From the NCBI GenBank assembly GCA_002269645.1, contig NIVC01001713.1, forward strand, positions 124,001 through 188,000: DNA of 64,000 nucleotides. Reading direction: 5' to 3'. Shown here piece after piece: positions 1-12,772 of the stretch (positions are counted from its first letter, which is position 1; every line of letters starts with the position of its first letter). The position numbers and the translations under genes were made by a program. The DNA is from Macrostomum lignano. Its lineage: Eukaryota. A model generated the notes under the pieces. The model worked only from the letters and a program-made list of their open reading frames with translations. It ran no database searches and was not told where the DNA came from.

Positions 1-2522
1 CCTGTGGTATGTTAGGGTGCTGAGGCATGGGCGTCTTACTCGCCACCTGGGCTTGCATGCCGCGCTGCTGCTGCTGTTGCTGTTGATGATGAAAAGCCGC
101 CGCCTGCTGCTGACGGCGCTGCTGCTCCCCCTGCTGTCGTTCAAGTGCGGCGGCGGCGGCCTGCTGAGGATGGATGGACTTCACGTGCGATCGGAGAGAC
201 GATTTGCTGGCGTAGCTTTTGCTGCAGTGCTTGCACATGAATTTGTGAGCTGGCTGAGCTGCCACCTGCTGCTGCGGCTGTTGCAGCTGCTGCTGCTGCT
301 GCAAGTGCTGGAACTGCGGATGTTGCGACTGATGCAGCTGCTGATGATGCTGCGGGTGATGCTGCTGCTGCATCAGCTGCTGGTGGTGCTGGTGATGATG
401 CGCAGCCGGCGGAGCGCCGCTAGCAGCTGCGGCGGCTGCGGCGGCCATGTGCGGCGCGGCGAAGAACTGCGGCGCGTACATCATCTGGGCGGCGGCGGCA
501 GCGTGATGCGGCTGCATAGCGGCTGGGAACCCAACTGCGGCCGCGGCGGCGGCGGCGGCGGCGGCAGCTGCCCCAGGCTGTCGGAAATGTTGATGAGCAG
601 CGGCCGCCAGCTCGTGCGGCTGTAAGTGAGATTGAGACTGCTGCTGCGACTGCTGCTGTTGCGGCTGCTGATGGTGATGATGCTGTTGGTGATGGTGCTG
701 CAGGTGCTGCTGCTGCTGCTGTACGGCCGCTGGACCGCCGGCTGCCATGCCGGGCACCTGCGGTTGCTGCGGCGGCGGCTGCGGCGGCATGGGCTTGCGC
801 GGAGGCACCCTGGGCGCGTGATATGCCTCGTATTGTTCCACGTCGATGCTCTCGGCGTTAGCCAGAATGTCGTCCAGGCCTGTCATAGCAGTGCCAAGCG
901 ATTTCCAATCCTTCGGGAGCGACGATTGCGGCGTCTTCTGCTGTTCTTCGGCCAATTCTGCCGGCTTCTCGGCCTGGGCCTGGTCGGGCTCGGCAGTGTC
1001 CGAGTCGCGCGGCTCGGCCTCGCCTAGCGACACGCCGCTCGTGTCCAACAAACTGACGCCGGTGTCGGCAGTCGGGACGGCGTTCGCCGAACTGGCACCT
1101 TCGCCATCGTCGCCGCGAGCCTGCTCGATTGCCGAAGTGTCGACGGCGGTAGAATCCTCGGCTGCTAAAGATTCGCTCAAGTTAGGCGCAGCGGAGTCTT
1201 CAGTCTCTACTATTGGCTTTTTTGCGTCATTGCCATCTATGCCAGATTCAGTAGTTTCAGCTGCCGCCGTTTTTTCATCAGTGGCAGCAGTAGTTGATTC
1301 TAATGCGGAATCCGGAACAGCATCGGCAGCAGACGGCTCGTATTGAGCTTTTCTCCATCATTCAGAGCGGGCGCATCGTCTTCTGTAGCAGTCTCGGCAT
1401 TAAGGTCTCGTCTTGAACAGTAGGCTGCTTTTCTGGCAATTTCTCTGACTGGAATTCCGGACCGCGCTCGATGGAAGGCTCAGTCTCCATAGTAGCAGGC
1501 TGAGCTGCTGCAGCTGGGGCAACCGTTGGCGGTGCTAAATCTTCTTTTTCCAACTCAGCAGACTGCTTAATTGATTCAATAGACTGTTCAACCGACTCAG
1601 CAGGTTGCTCTGTCGACTCAGTGGACTGCTCAATCGACTCAACAGACTGTTCGACTAAATCAGCATTAGCAGGCTGCTCAATTGACTCAGCTGACTGCTC
1701 AACTGACTCAGCTGACTGCTCGATTGACTCAGCTGACTGCTCAATGGACTCAGCTGGCATCTCAACCGACTCAGCTGACTGCTCAACCGACTCAGATGGC
1801 ATCTCAACCGACTCAGCTGACTGCTCAACCGACTCAGATGGCATCTCAACCGACTCAGCTGACTGCTTGATCGACTCAGCTGACTGCTCAACCGACTTAG
1901 CTAATTGCTCAATCGACTCAGCTGACTGCTCAACCGACTCAGTTGGCACCTCGACTGACTCAGCTGGCATCTCAACCGACTCAGCTGGCATCTCAACCGA
2001 CTCAGCTGACTGCTCAACTGACGCAACTGGCATCTCGATTTTCGCGGCTGACTGCTCAACTGACTCAGCAGTAGGCTCAGCCGATTCAGTACTCTGCTCA
2101 ACTGTGTTTGACTCAGCAGGCTGCTCAGGCGGCCCAGAAGAATCGAATTCCTCTCCTAATTCAGCACCAGACGCTTGCTGCTCCATTTGAAACACCTCCG
2201 ATGCAACTTGAGGCTCTGGCCGATCAGGCATAGATGATTCAGCAATGTTATTTTGACCTCCGCCAAAGTCTGCCACTTCCTGAGCTCTATCAGCTTTGAC
2301 AGGCTCCATCTGTGCTTCAGTATTAGGCAATTGTTCTTTCAGAATGCTTGTGTCTGTTGGAGCAGTCAGACTGGAGTCCAAAAGTTCTCTAGCAGCAGCA
2401 GGGGCTGCATTATCTCTGATGGGTGGCGCACTGTCACAGTTGGAATTTTGGTCATTAGAGATGGCATCAGCTGGTGGAGGCGTCGGTGACTGAGCATCAG
2501 CCATGCAACGGCAGCCATGCAT
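1..2522 (-). CDS. Partial duplicate (5' coding part) of the C2H2 zinc-finger/polyQ gene at 9368-15418; truncated by the window start, with 1-bp indels near 1343 and 1393
   Basis: 1-5174 matches 12897-18082 except for scattered 1-bp indels. It encodes the same MADAQSPTPP start, ESVEQSA repeats and FMCKHCSKSYASKSSLRSHVKSIH finger. Confidence 0.8.
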
Positions 2523-3487
2523 TAATTCAATTAGTAGAAGTAATTAAACTTTTAACTTGATATTGCTTATTTGAATTTTTAAATCAGTTTCTATGTACCA
2601 TTGTGCTATTCTCTAAAACCTATAGATAAGAAGTTGTAAATGATGCCTTCTAACTAAAATGCAATTAAAGCATCATTTTTCAATAAAATACCTGTCAATG
2701 TTAACTTAATATTTTCAGATAACTTTGCCTGAAAATATTTTGTTTATCAGTATCCATTTTAAAAATTAAATGCTTCCTAGAAAGTGACAGGACAATTTAA
2801 ACATATTTTAGTAGCAGAATTAAAAAGTTAAATTTTATCAATAATTTTTTCTATGTTTTCATAAAAATTATTCTATAAACTAAAAAGTTTTTAAATAGAA
2901 AAATAGTAAAAACCAAAATGTAAGACCAAATAATATATTTCCACTTTTAATCTTTTTAACAATTGAAAATCTATTTGTAACTTAGATATCAGTCAAAACA
3001 ATATGTTCAAATAGCTCAATTAGATAATAAAAAATACAATACAGAAATATCAAGTTTAAATTCAAGCTTTTAAATCTTAAGTCCATTATACTAAAATAAA
3101 TTCTTTTATATAGAGCTCTCTAACTCATATTTTACAGTTTAGATATATACGCTTGTATATTTATGTGGGGAAAATTGTTCCTGTCTTTGAAATATCATTA
3201 TTAAAATATTCATTGAAAAATTACTTTGTTTAGATATCAGATAGAAAAAATTATATTCTAGCTTTACTAATACTTATATTAATGGCAAATATCTATATTA
3301 AAATTATATTTTATTTACTTATTCAAGCTCTTGAAATTATTTATGGTAAATTATAACTATAACTAGGCCCTAAATTACAATTTATATGAGACTTTTAGGT
3401 CTGTATTATACAAAAAACAGTATACTAAAATAATTAATTAATAAGAGATTGGTATCATATTGGGATACAACTTATAACAACCAACTT

Positions 3488-4345
3488 TACAATGTTTATC
3501 CCAAAGTAAGTTTCCCTCATATATAACTTAGCACTGAAGATGCTCAGCTAAGTGCCATGTATATTGTTGCTTTTTTGTCTATGGCCTAACCCCAAATAGG
3601 TTGTTAAGTCCTAGCATGTTTTTGAGTTGCATGCCTGCAACTCAAGCATACAACCCTTTGCAACCATGGCCACATTGAGCTCATTCTCTTGCTACAACTG
3701 TGCTATCTAGAAAATTGATATCAGAGATTCACCAAAAACTTGTAAGATTCCTAGGAGAAGCTACACTATTTATTCAAATGGTCAAGAAGTAGGTGTGGGA
3801 AATTTGAGAAGGATGGGACTGCACAGAAGACAAAAGCATTCTGGATAACCAAAGTGAATGCTAAGTATTATTGATGGGTGCTTCAAGAGAAACTGCAACA
3901 GTGATAAGGAAAAAGCAACTAGGCCTTCCGGAGAAAGGTATCATCTTCCATTACTACAACACCCCAATGCATTAGGCCAGATAGGTTGAAGAGCTGCTCA
4001 ACTCCTAGAACTGAGAAATTCTCTACCACTTATACTACTTGCCTGATTTGGTTCTAGCAGACTTTAATCTGTTCCCAAAGATAAAAGAGAGCCTTTGTGG
4101 CTAGCAGTTTTGGATCTGAGGAGCAGATGAACAATAGCACTTCATCAGCTTTCCAACATCTGGGAATCGCCAGCTGCAAGCCTGATTTTGAAGTGTAGGT
4201 GCATTGCTAGGAAAAGTGCATTGAGCTTGGTGGCCAATTTATAGAATGACAAATACTTGAAGTTGTGGCTAGACAAATTTATATTTTTTAAACTTTGCTT
4301 ACTATTAGCAGCTGACTGAAACTTACTTTTGGGATATACCTTATA
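3488..4345 (+). mobile_element. Decayed, internally deleted Tc1/mariner element (copy 1)
   Basis: Degenerate TIRs TAcaatgtttatcccaaagtaagtttc and gaaacttacttttgggatataccttaTA. Residual transposase C-terminus: YLPDLVLADFNLFPKIKESLCG (cf. mariner YSPDLAPxD) and EKCIELGGQFIE*. Confidence 0.75.
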
Positions 4346-5174
4346 GTCTTCTACTTGTTGAATATATAATTATAGATTTAAAATAGTTTATAAAAATATT
4401 TTAATTAATCTTTTAATATTAATAATTTTACAATTTAACAATTATTATTTTAAAACAAAAATTAAAACAGCTTGATTTACTCAAATATAATAAGTGATTT
4501 TTATAAATAGAATATAGAAATATTTCCTAATGTTTATACATAAAAAGTTAAATGATCTCATTTTGCTTATATATTTTTATAACCATGGCAATATATATAC
4601 TTGACAAGGTTCTTATGTCTTATAACCTAATACCATTAAACACTAGCTAACTTAGTTGATTTAGCCTATATAATTATAAATTATAGACAATAATAGTATC
4701 CTAAAAAATAATAAATCATAAAATAAATGATCTTTTATATATTTATTTACTTTTTTAGTCAAGGTATAAAACAGTTTTTTTTAAAACTAGTTTATTTATC
4801 ACATGGCTAATATAATTTTATAAGTTGTATATCAATATTGGCAGCATTTTTCTGTTATCTTTTTTGTCCTTTTTTAGGAATAGTTTTCGTAGTTTTCATT
4901 TTCGTAGTCGTATTCATATAATAGTAAAAATAATTTTCTTCTTATATTACAATATTGGCATATTAACAAACAAGACAGCTATCTTTACTTGCTAAAGATA
5001 CTGTAAAAATAGTTTACAATTTGTTACATACAATTTAGCTGCAATAAAATAGTACAACCTTGCTTTATCATTTGTCTAAGAACTATTCTTTTTATATTAT
5101 TTTTACTTTATTTTTGAACTGTTAAACTATATGTAAGTTGGAAGAAGGGAAAGTGCCAGGTCAGCCAAGACTGG

Positions 5175-5660
5175 NNNNNNNNNNNNNNNNNNNNNNNNNN
5201 NNNNNNNNNNNNNNNNNNNNNNNNNNNNNNNNNNNNNNNNNNNNNNNNNNNNNNNNNNNNNNNNNNNNNNNNNNNNNNNNNNNNNNNNNNNNNNNNNNNN
5301 NNNNNNNNNNNNNNNNNNNNNNNNNNNNNNNNNNNNNNNNNNNNNNNNNNNNNNNNNNNNNNNNNNNNNNNNNNNNNNNNNNNNNNNNNNNNNNNNNNNN
5401 NNNNNNNNNNNNNNNNNNNNNNNNNNNNNNNNNNNNNNNNNNNNNNNNNNNNNNNNNNNNNNNNNNNNNNNNNNNNNNNNNNNNNNNNNNNNNNNNNNNN
5501 NNNNNNNNNNNNNNNNNNNNNNNNNNNNNNNNNNNNNNNNNNNNNNNNNNNNNNNNNNNNNNNNNNNNNNNNNNNNNNNNNNNNNNNNNNNNNNNNNNNN
5601 NNNNNNNNNNNNNNNNNNNNNNNNNNNNNNNNNNNNNNNNNNNNNNNNNNNNNNNNNNNN
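5175..5660. other. Assembly gap (486 N)
   Basis: Run of N; the ORFs spanning it are artefacts. Confidence 1.
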
Positions 5661-5889
5661 GACGACAGCAGCATCATCGAGTACATTCCGTAACAAGGCA
5701 GAGTGAGCAACTTGCATAGCTATCATTTATTTCAAAGTTTTCAAAAACCGTAAGAAACCGTAAGAACATGGCTACTTTTTAAACGAGCGTACTTTATAGT
5801 TCTCTTAATTTCTAGAGCAATATACGCGATTAAACAGATTCTTCCTACACTTTTCGGAAGTAGTTCCGTACTTTATTTGAATAATAGAG

Positions 5890-7200
5890 ATGATAATGCT
5901 AGCCACAGCTTCAAGGTGATGGCAGATGATGCAACTGCTGATGATGACCAGGTGATTGCAGATGATGCAACTGCTGATGATGACTAGGTGATTTCAGATG
6001 ATGCAACTGCTGATAATGACAGGTGATTGCAGATGATGCAACTGCTGATAATGACCAGGTGATTGCAGATGATGCAACTGCTGATGATGACTAGGTGATT
6101 GCAGATGATGCAACTGCTGATAATGACAGGTGATTGCAGATGATGCAACTGCTGATGATGACTAGGTGATTGCAGATGATGCAACTGCTGATGATGACTA
6201 GGTGATTGCAGATGATGCAACTGCTGATAATGACAGGTGATTGCAGATGATGCAACTGCTGATAATGACCAGGTGATTGCAGATGATGTAACTGCTGATG
6301 ACACCCACAGCTTCAAGGTGATAGCAGATGATGCAACTGCTGATAATGACAGGTGATTGCAGATGATGCAACTGCTGATGACACCCACAGCTTCTAGGTG
6401 ATTGCAGATGATGCAACTGCTGATAATGACAGGTGATTGCAGATGATGCAACTGCTGATGACACCCACAGCTTCTAGGTGATTGCAGATGATGCAACTGC
6501 TGATAATGACAGGTGATTGCAGATGATGCAACTGCTGATGATGACTAGGTGATTGCAGATGATGCAACTGCTGATGATGACTAGGTGATTGCAGATGATG
6601 CAACTGCTGATAATGACAGGTGATTGCAGATGATGCAACTGCTGATGACGACTAGGTGATTGCAGATGATGCAACTGCTGATGATGACTAGGTGATTGCA
6701 GATGATGCAACTGCTGATAATGACAGGTGATTGCAGATGATGCAACTGCTGATAATGACCAGGTGATTGCAGATGATGCAACTGCTGATGATGACTAGGT
6801 GATTGCAGATGATGCAACTGCTGATGATGACTAGGTGATTGCAGATGATGCAACTGCTGATAATGACAGGTGATTGCAGATGATGCAACTGCTGATAATG
6901 ACCAGGTGATTGCAGATGATGTAACTGCTGATGACACCCACAGCTTCAAGGTGATAGCAGATGATGCAACTGCTGATGACACCCACAGCTTCAAGGTGAT
7001 TGCAGATGATGCAACTGCTGATGATGACAGGTGATTGCAGATGATGCAACTGCTGATGATGACAGGTGATTGCAGATTATGCAACTGCTGATGATGACAG
7101 GTGATTGCAGATGATGCAACTGCTGATGATGACAGGTGATTGCAGATTATGCAACTGCTGATAATGACCAGGTGATTGCAGATGATGCAACTGCTAATTA
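5890..7200 (+). repeat. Minisatellite, ~35-36-bp unit GGTGATTGCAGATGATGCAACTGCTGATGATGACTA
   Basis: Tandem units visible directly. Confidence 0.95.
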
Positions 7201-9367
7201 TGGCATCAGCTTCAAGTGATGGCTGGCGCAAGGCAATCAAGAGTTCCCCAAAGAAGCAAGTCGATAGAAAGGCCACCAATAACAAATATCTGCGTAGTTT
7301 TACAGGATGCTGCCGAGAAAAACAAAAAAGTTATAACAGCAGAGAATGCTATATGCTAGATTTATATATTTATGAATATGAATATGTATGCTAGTTTGCG
7401 GTTCATATAACGTGGGAGAAGCTGTTTTCAAATTTAATTGCAAATTAGAATTAGTAATAGTGATGATGATGGTGATGAAGATGAGAGCAAAACTGTACCC
7501 AGTGTTACGGGCCAACTTTGCATAGCTTTAGTGAAATATAATAACCACTCAGGTGCAACCGAAATTGATAATGTATAGAGCAGGTTAAATAAAAAAGTTA
7601 GAAGCAGAGGCCAAACAGGTGAGAGGGGCGCAAAAGATGGGAGATTAGCTAAGCTAGGCGACAGCTGGGATTATTTAGCCAGTTAAAAAAAGGCGATTAA
7701 AGACAGACTAACTAGATTGCAATCATACTACTTATTAATTTCATTATCAGTAGTAGCAAGCGCAATATGGCTCGCGGTTACAACAATCAAGCGCGCACAC
7801 CTATTTTTTATAATACTAAAAAGCGATTAATAAATAAAAAGTGCTGCATCATTGAGACAGGTGAGAACGGAACCAAAATGGCGGACTAATTGGAAATAAA
7901 TTAGACCAAGAGTACAGACAGACAACATACAAAGGCTTGCTTCTCAAAGATTGTAAGTCTGCATAATCGGCTATAGTTTTACTGCAAATTTTTATATAAC
8001 GATAATAATAATGATAATATATAGTTATAGTAATTATATTATTAAATAATAAAAGCTGCAGACACATGGGGGACTGCCACGATATCTATATCGCTGATTA
8101 ACATTATTATTAACAATTAAATTAACAAGCAAACGGTTAATATAATATATATGATATAATATATAAAACAGAATTATTTACACAGTTGCAGTGAGACACA
8201 CAAAAAGGTGCAAAAACACGTGGAGAACGCGTCGAAGCGTTAAGTACGAGTTTTTACGCAAGTCAATATATAATGATGGAGAACCTTATGCACAGCTGAG
8301 TGAAATTATAAATATATAAACATACTAAACTGGTCATTGCTCGCGAGGCAAAGTTGCAAAAACAGGCATGCATTTCATCGGCTGGGGAAGAGGCTAAAAA
8401 GGCCCTAGCTGGCGTTTGCTCTACAAAAACCGTTGAATAAATAAAATTAGGCGACAAAAAATTGTTCATACTACTACTACTATTAACGACAAGTAGTATA
8501 ATAAAGGCAGGTGAATATACATGCAGTTTAGATTAGAAAAACACAATTAAAACCGATATCGCATATTTTTACATGTACTAAAAATGTTTATACAAAATAA
8601 ATTAGTAAAACGCGACGGCTGTGCAAAGACGCGCAAGTGGCTACTGACAGTAATATCGAGTACAAAAAAGCCTTAGTAGTACAGGTGAGCTAGTTCCAGA
8701 CTTTCTTTTTTTATAAAAAGCTGCATTGATCCCCAAAACGCTCAATCAGGGATTTTACAGGGGCCGCGATTTAAAACTAATCAATTTGCAATTCTGCATG
8801 CGCTTAAAAAGTTTTTTCTTACATAAAAAACGTACACTTGAATCCAGAAATTGATACATGCGATTTCAAAGCAATTTATATGTGTATAAACAGGATAAAC
8901 ACACAGATAGAGGGGGGGGTTCATCACAAAGGATTATCATAAACGGGAGGCCAATAGAGATGACTGAGCTACAGAATAAAATTAATTAATAATTAAGCAG
9001 CATTAGAAGCTATATAAAGGCGAGAGGACATAGAGAAAAATACTACTGAGTTTAGCTAGGCAGCAGTAGTATCGCTAGTGACACGCAAACACACAAAATC
9101 ATATATGCTGGACTCCAAAGCATAAATACTGGATATGATAATTATCATAACATCCGCGTGACAATAATCACTCTCAGCTGCATTAATTGGAACTCTCGGC
9201 CAGTTGATAAACCTTTTTTGAGCTTTTTTTCCTACCTGCAGATTTATCAGGTTCGGGCGCTCTCTATCCGATATCACGTGACCAGCTGACACTTCTCAAG
9301 ATCACGTGACTTAATTACGCAACAGCTGAAGTTTCATAAAGTTGAATTACCTTGTCTGTACACTGCA

Positions 9368-11532
9368 TCAGAACGGGTAGCGGTGGTTCAGCGGCATGGT
9401 GGGCAGCATCGGATTCCTATACGGGTCCGAGGTGAGCGGCGGCCTCAACTGGCCGCCGGCAGCAGCCGCCGCGCCGTAGACATTAGCAGCGGCGGCGGCA
9501 GGATTATAGAAACCGGACGGCGGCATGAAAGCGGCGGCTGCGGCGGCGGCCGCAGTGCCGGGATGAGCAGCAGCGGGTCCGGCCGCGCCAGGCTTGGGCG
9601 GCTGGACGAACGGGGCAGTCGGGTAGCTGCCAATGGCGCCCGGGTCCCTGGCGCCGTACAGGCTGGAGTTGTACGGCAGCGACTGGTGCAGCGGGTTGTA
9701 CAGGTCCGTTGAGGCTCGGTAGGCGTCGCCGAACGACCGGTAGGGATCGGGCTTGGCCGCTGGGGGCGGGGGGAGGCAATTGGCATCAGAAATAGCATTT
9801 CCATGCTAATCCTATGGGTGTCACTCTGGTTGTGGGATCATTGTGTGTGGGAGTTCGATTCTCAGTGTGTGGGATTTCGATTCTCAGTGTGTGGGATTTC
9901 GATTCTTAAAGTGTGGGACTTCGATTCTCAAAGTGTGGGATTCCGGTTCTCAGTGTGTGGGATTCCGGTTCTCAGTGTGTGGGATTTCGATTCTCAGTGT
10001 GTATGATTCCGGTTCTCAGTGTGTGGGATTTCGATTCTCAGTGTGTGGGATTCCGGTTCTCAGTGTGTGGGATTTCGATTCTCAGTGTGTGGGATTTCGA
10101 TTCTCAATGTGTGGGATTTCGATTCTCAAAGTGTGGGATTTCGATTCTCAGTGCGTGGGATTTCGATTCTCAATGTGTGGGATTTCGATTCTCAGTGTGG
10201 GATTCCGGTTCTCAGTGTGTGGAATTTCGATTCTCAGTGTGTGGGATTTCGATTCTCAAAGTGTGGGACTTCGATTCTCAGTGCGTGGGATTTCGATTCT
10301 CAATGTGTGGGATTTCGATTCTCAGTGTGTGGGATTTCGATTCTCAGAGTGTGAGATTTGTGTGGGATCATGACTCAGGATGGGGTAATTGTGTGGGACC
10401 ATGACTCCGAGTATGGGAATTGTGTGGGATCATGACTTAAGGTGTGGGATTAGTCTGGGATCATGACTCAGAGTGTGAGATTAGTGTGGGATCATGACTC
10501 CGAGTGTGGGAATTGTGTGGGATCATGACTTAAGGTGTGTGATTTGTGTGGGATCATGACTCCGAGTGTGGGAATTGTGTGGGATCATGACTTAAGGTGT
10601 GTGATTTGTGTGGGATCATGACTTAAGGTGTGTGATTTGTGTGGGATCATGACTTAAGGTGTGTGATTTGTGTGGGATCATGACTTAAGGTGTGTGATTT
10701 GTGTGGGATCATGACTTAAGGTGTGTGATTTGTGTGGGATCATGACTTAAGGTGTGTGATTTGTGTGGGATCATGACTCAGTGTGGGATTAGTGTGGGAT
10801 CATGACTCAGACTGTGGGATTAGTGTGGATCATGACTCAGAGTGTGGATTAGTGTGGGATCATGACTCAGTGTGGATTAGTGTGGGATCATGACTCAGAG
10901 TGTGGGATTAGTGTGGGATCAGAGAGCGGGAGCCGCCTTACCAGAATCCGAGGACAGCTGGTTGCGCAGATACTCGAACGCAGCCGTCGGATTGGCAGTC
11001 GAGGTTGCCGCCGAGGCAGCGCCGGCGCCGGTGCCGTACGCATCCCACGGAGTTGCCAGGCCCAGCGACGTCTGGCTGGCGGCGGCAGCGGCGGCGGCAG
11101 CAGCGGCTGCGGCTGCAGCAGCCGACGAGGTGGCCGACGAAGCCGTCGACGAAGCGACGGTGGCCGATGGTCCGGCGGCCGGCGGTAGGCCGGGTGCGAC
11201 AGTTGACGAGGTGGACACGGCGGAGGCGGGGTCGGCGGATGAAACCCCAGCCTGCTGCTGCGCGTACTGCGCGTACGGGCCGGCGGCGTCCATGTACTTG
11301 GAGCCGAGAGCGGACAGGGAGCGCAGGTGATCAGGGTGCACGGGAAAGCTCGGCCTATTAAACTGATTGTTAAACATCTGGCCGTAGGCGCCAGCTGAAT
11401 AATAGGACGCCAATAGGGACGAAGACGAGCCCAGAGCGCCCAGGCCGGCAATGGAGCCCAGCGCCTTGGCCTGATCTGCTGCAGCCGCGGCCGCAGCTGC
11501 CGCCGCAGCTTTGGCTTGCTGCTCCTGCTGCG

Positions 11533-11573
<41 letters not shown>

Positions 11574-12201
11574 ACCTGTTGAGCCTGTTGCTGGGAGGCT
11601 GCTTTACTATGCCTTCCGCCAACCCGCTCCTTGTCCTGAATACTCTGTATATCTTCGAGCACCTCGTCTAGGAAGTCTTTGCCGGCGTCCGATTGACCGG
11701 CAACGCTGGGCGGATCTCGGGTGACGCTGCTGATGAGGTCCGGAATCTGGTGCCGGTGCTTGGCCGGGGTGCCGCCAGCGGAGTCGGACGGCTGCCGTTT
11801 CATCGCCTGCTGCGAAGTGGACGGGCCGCCACCGCTGCGTCGCTTGACGGCGGCCTCCGAAGCTACCACGGACGAGGCCGGGGTGACAATGTCGGTGATG
11901 GAGTGGCCGACCTTGGCGCTAGCGGCCTGCTGCTGCTTGTCCTCTAAGAAGTCGATAAGATTTGAGTCCTGCTCCAGATTGCTAATTATGCCGTCAATCT
12001 GCGAGTCGATCTGCTTAGGCGCCGCCGGCACACCGTGGGGCGGGCCGCCGCCTCCCCGACTTGCCGATTGCTGATGCGCCTGAAGCTGCTGCTGCGGCGG
12101 CTGCTGCTGGCCGGCAATGGGCGGAATGTACGGCGCGTCGTTGCTGCTATCTAAATCGCTGAAGCCGTACAGGCAATTCTCGTCTTGCTGAGCTTGAGAA
12201 G

Positions 12202-12248
<47 letters not shown>

Positions 12249-12719
12249 GGCGGCGGTGGCGGCGGAGGCGGCTGCTGCTGATGGGGCGCAGTCTGGTAAG
12301 GATGAAGCTGAGGCGGCAGCTGGTTGTCTTTACCGGACGAGCCTCCGCCGCCAACAGCAGCGTCGGAATCGTCCGAGTCCGAGGCGGACTGGCTGTCGTT
12401 AAAGGTGTCCGGAACTGGCCGGTTGGCTAAGCGTGGAGCAGCGGCGGCACGGGTGCTGCGGATGCATTGGCGGTGGTGGCGCAGCAGACAGAGGCGCAGC
12501 CGGCAGCGATAGTCGCAGAGTTGGCAGGCAAGCGGCCGAAGCCCCGTGTGCTTGCAGGTGTGGGCCCCCATGGCTGACGCGCTGCTGTACATCTTACCGC
12601 AGCCGGGCCACGGACAGACCATCCGGCTGCCGTGCATCTCGGCGATGTGACGTCGAAGCTGCGAACGGCGACTAAATACTTGAGAACAGTTGCGCACTGG
12701 GCAATCATTCGATAGCCTA

Positions 12720-12772
<53 letters not shown>

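Larger units (their letters stand above)
1..5174 (+). repeat. Direct duplication of 12897-18082, ending at the assembly gap
   Basis: Direct sequence comparison: both copies start cctgtggtatgttagg and end agccaagactgg. They differ almost only by single-base indels. Confidence 0.95.

Noticed and set aside
17-2493. Plus-strand ORFs over the zinc-finger gene (also 13064-15389 and 10862-12890)
   Set aside because: Antisense shadows of GC-rich polyQ/polyA coding sequence.
5108-5726. ORFs of about 200 aa
   Set aside because: They span the N gap.
9272-9310. Two TCACGTGA E-box/CLEAR motifs
   Set aside because: They lie just 3' of the zinc-finger stop, with no nearby promoter evidence.
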